IMG/VR virus record: IMGVR_UViG_3300010885_031309
Length of the DNA stretch: 64,000 bases
Reading direction: 5' to 3' (one strand)
Source: a virus
Lineage: Duplodnaviria > Caudoviricetes
Below, piece by piece: positions 63,987 to 64,000 of this stretch. The notes under the pieces are model-generated. The model saw nothing but the letters and a program-made list of their open reading frames with translations. It was not told the origin of the DNA and searched no databases. Numbering within the stretch: position 1 is the stretch's first letter; every line of letters starts with the position of its first letter. Position numbers and translations under genes: made by a program.

Positions 63987-64000
63987 TGATATTAATTGCG

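Noticed and set aside
1-64000. CRISPR array, tRNA, rRNA or a diversity-generating retroelement
   Set aside because: No regularly spaced repeat-spacer units, cloverleafs with T-loop consensus, rRNA-like tracts or reverse transcriptase motifs were seen by eye. tRNAscan and CRISPR finders were not run.
1-64000. Eukaryotic giant virus or bacterial chromosome origin
   Set aside because: Shine-Dalgarno sites, sigma70 and T4-type late promoters, a T4-like polymerase, RNase H and ligase, and dense small hypothetical genes fit a large tailed phage. Host-like genes are scattered singly rather than in bacterial operons.

Overview
The window is an AT-rich, gene-dense segment of a large T4-like (jumbo) bacteriophage. 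Support for this is Shine-Dalgarno sites, ATGA overlaps, sigma70-type early promoters, T4-type ATAAATA late promoters and T4-like replication genes. The host is probably a proteobacterium. Core functions: family B DNA polymerase, probable sliding clamp, RNase H/5'-3' exonuclease, DNA ligase, RNA ligase and UvsE. Host-derived functions: ClpX, two ClpP, two ClpS, Hsp20, bS21, IF-1, an L12-like domain, RimK, Dps, SOD and IscA. The polymerase is broken into two genes by a naturally split Ser1/Thr+1 intein, with the stump of a Vsr-like homing endonuclease between the halves. The strongest candidate for an undescribed system is a family of about 20 mostly late-promoter-linked genes. Their products begin with a T4 capsid-targeting-like leader (M-K/R-x-x-E/D-F/I-x-x-E). 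Several are polyproteins of unrelated enzyme modules: kinases, a HAD phosphatase, GNATs, amidoligases, GGCT, a deaminase, a papain-like domain and an HRxGH zincin-like domain. Some modules are joined by an x-x-V-A/T-E linker whose DNA sequence (consensus core GTGGCGGAAG) is conserved at synonymous positions. This suggests a shufflable, protease-processed, virion-delivered effector arsenal (inference). No tRNA, rRNA or CRISPR array was seen. All family assignments come from motif recognition by eye; no database searches were run.
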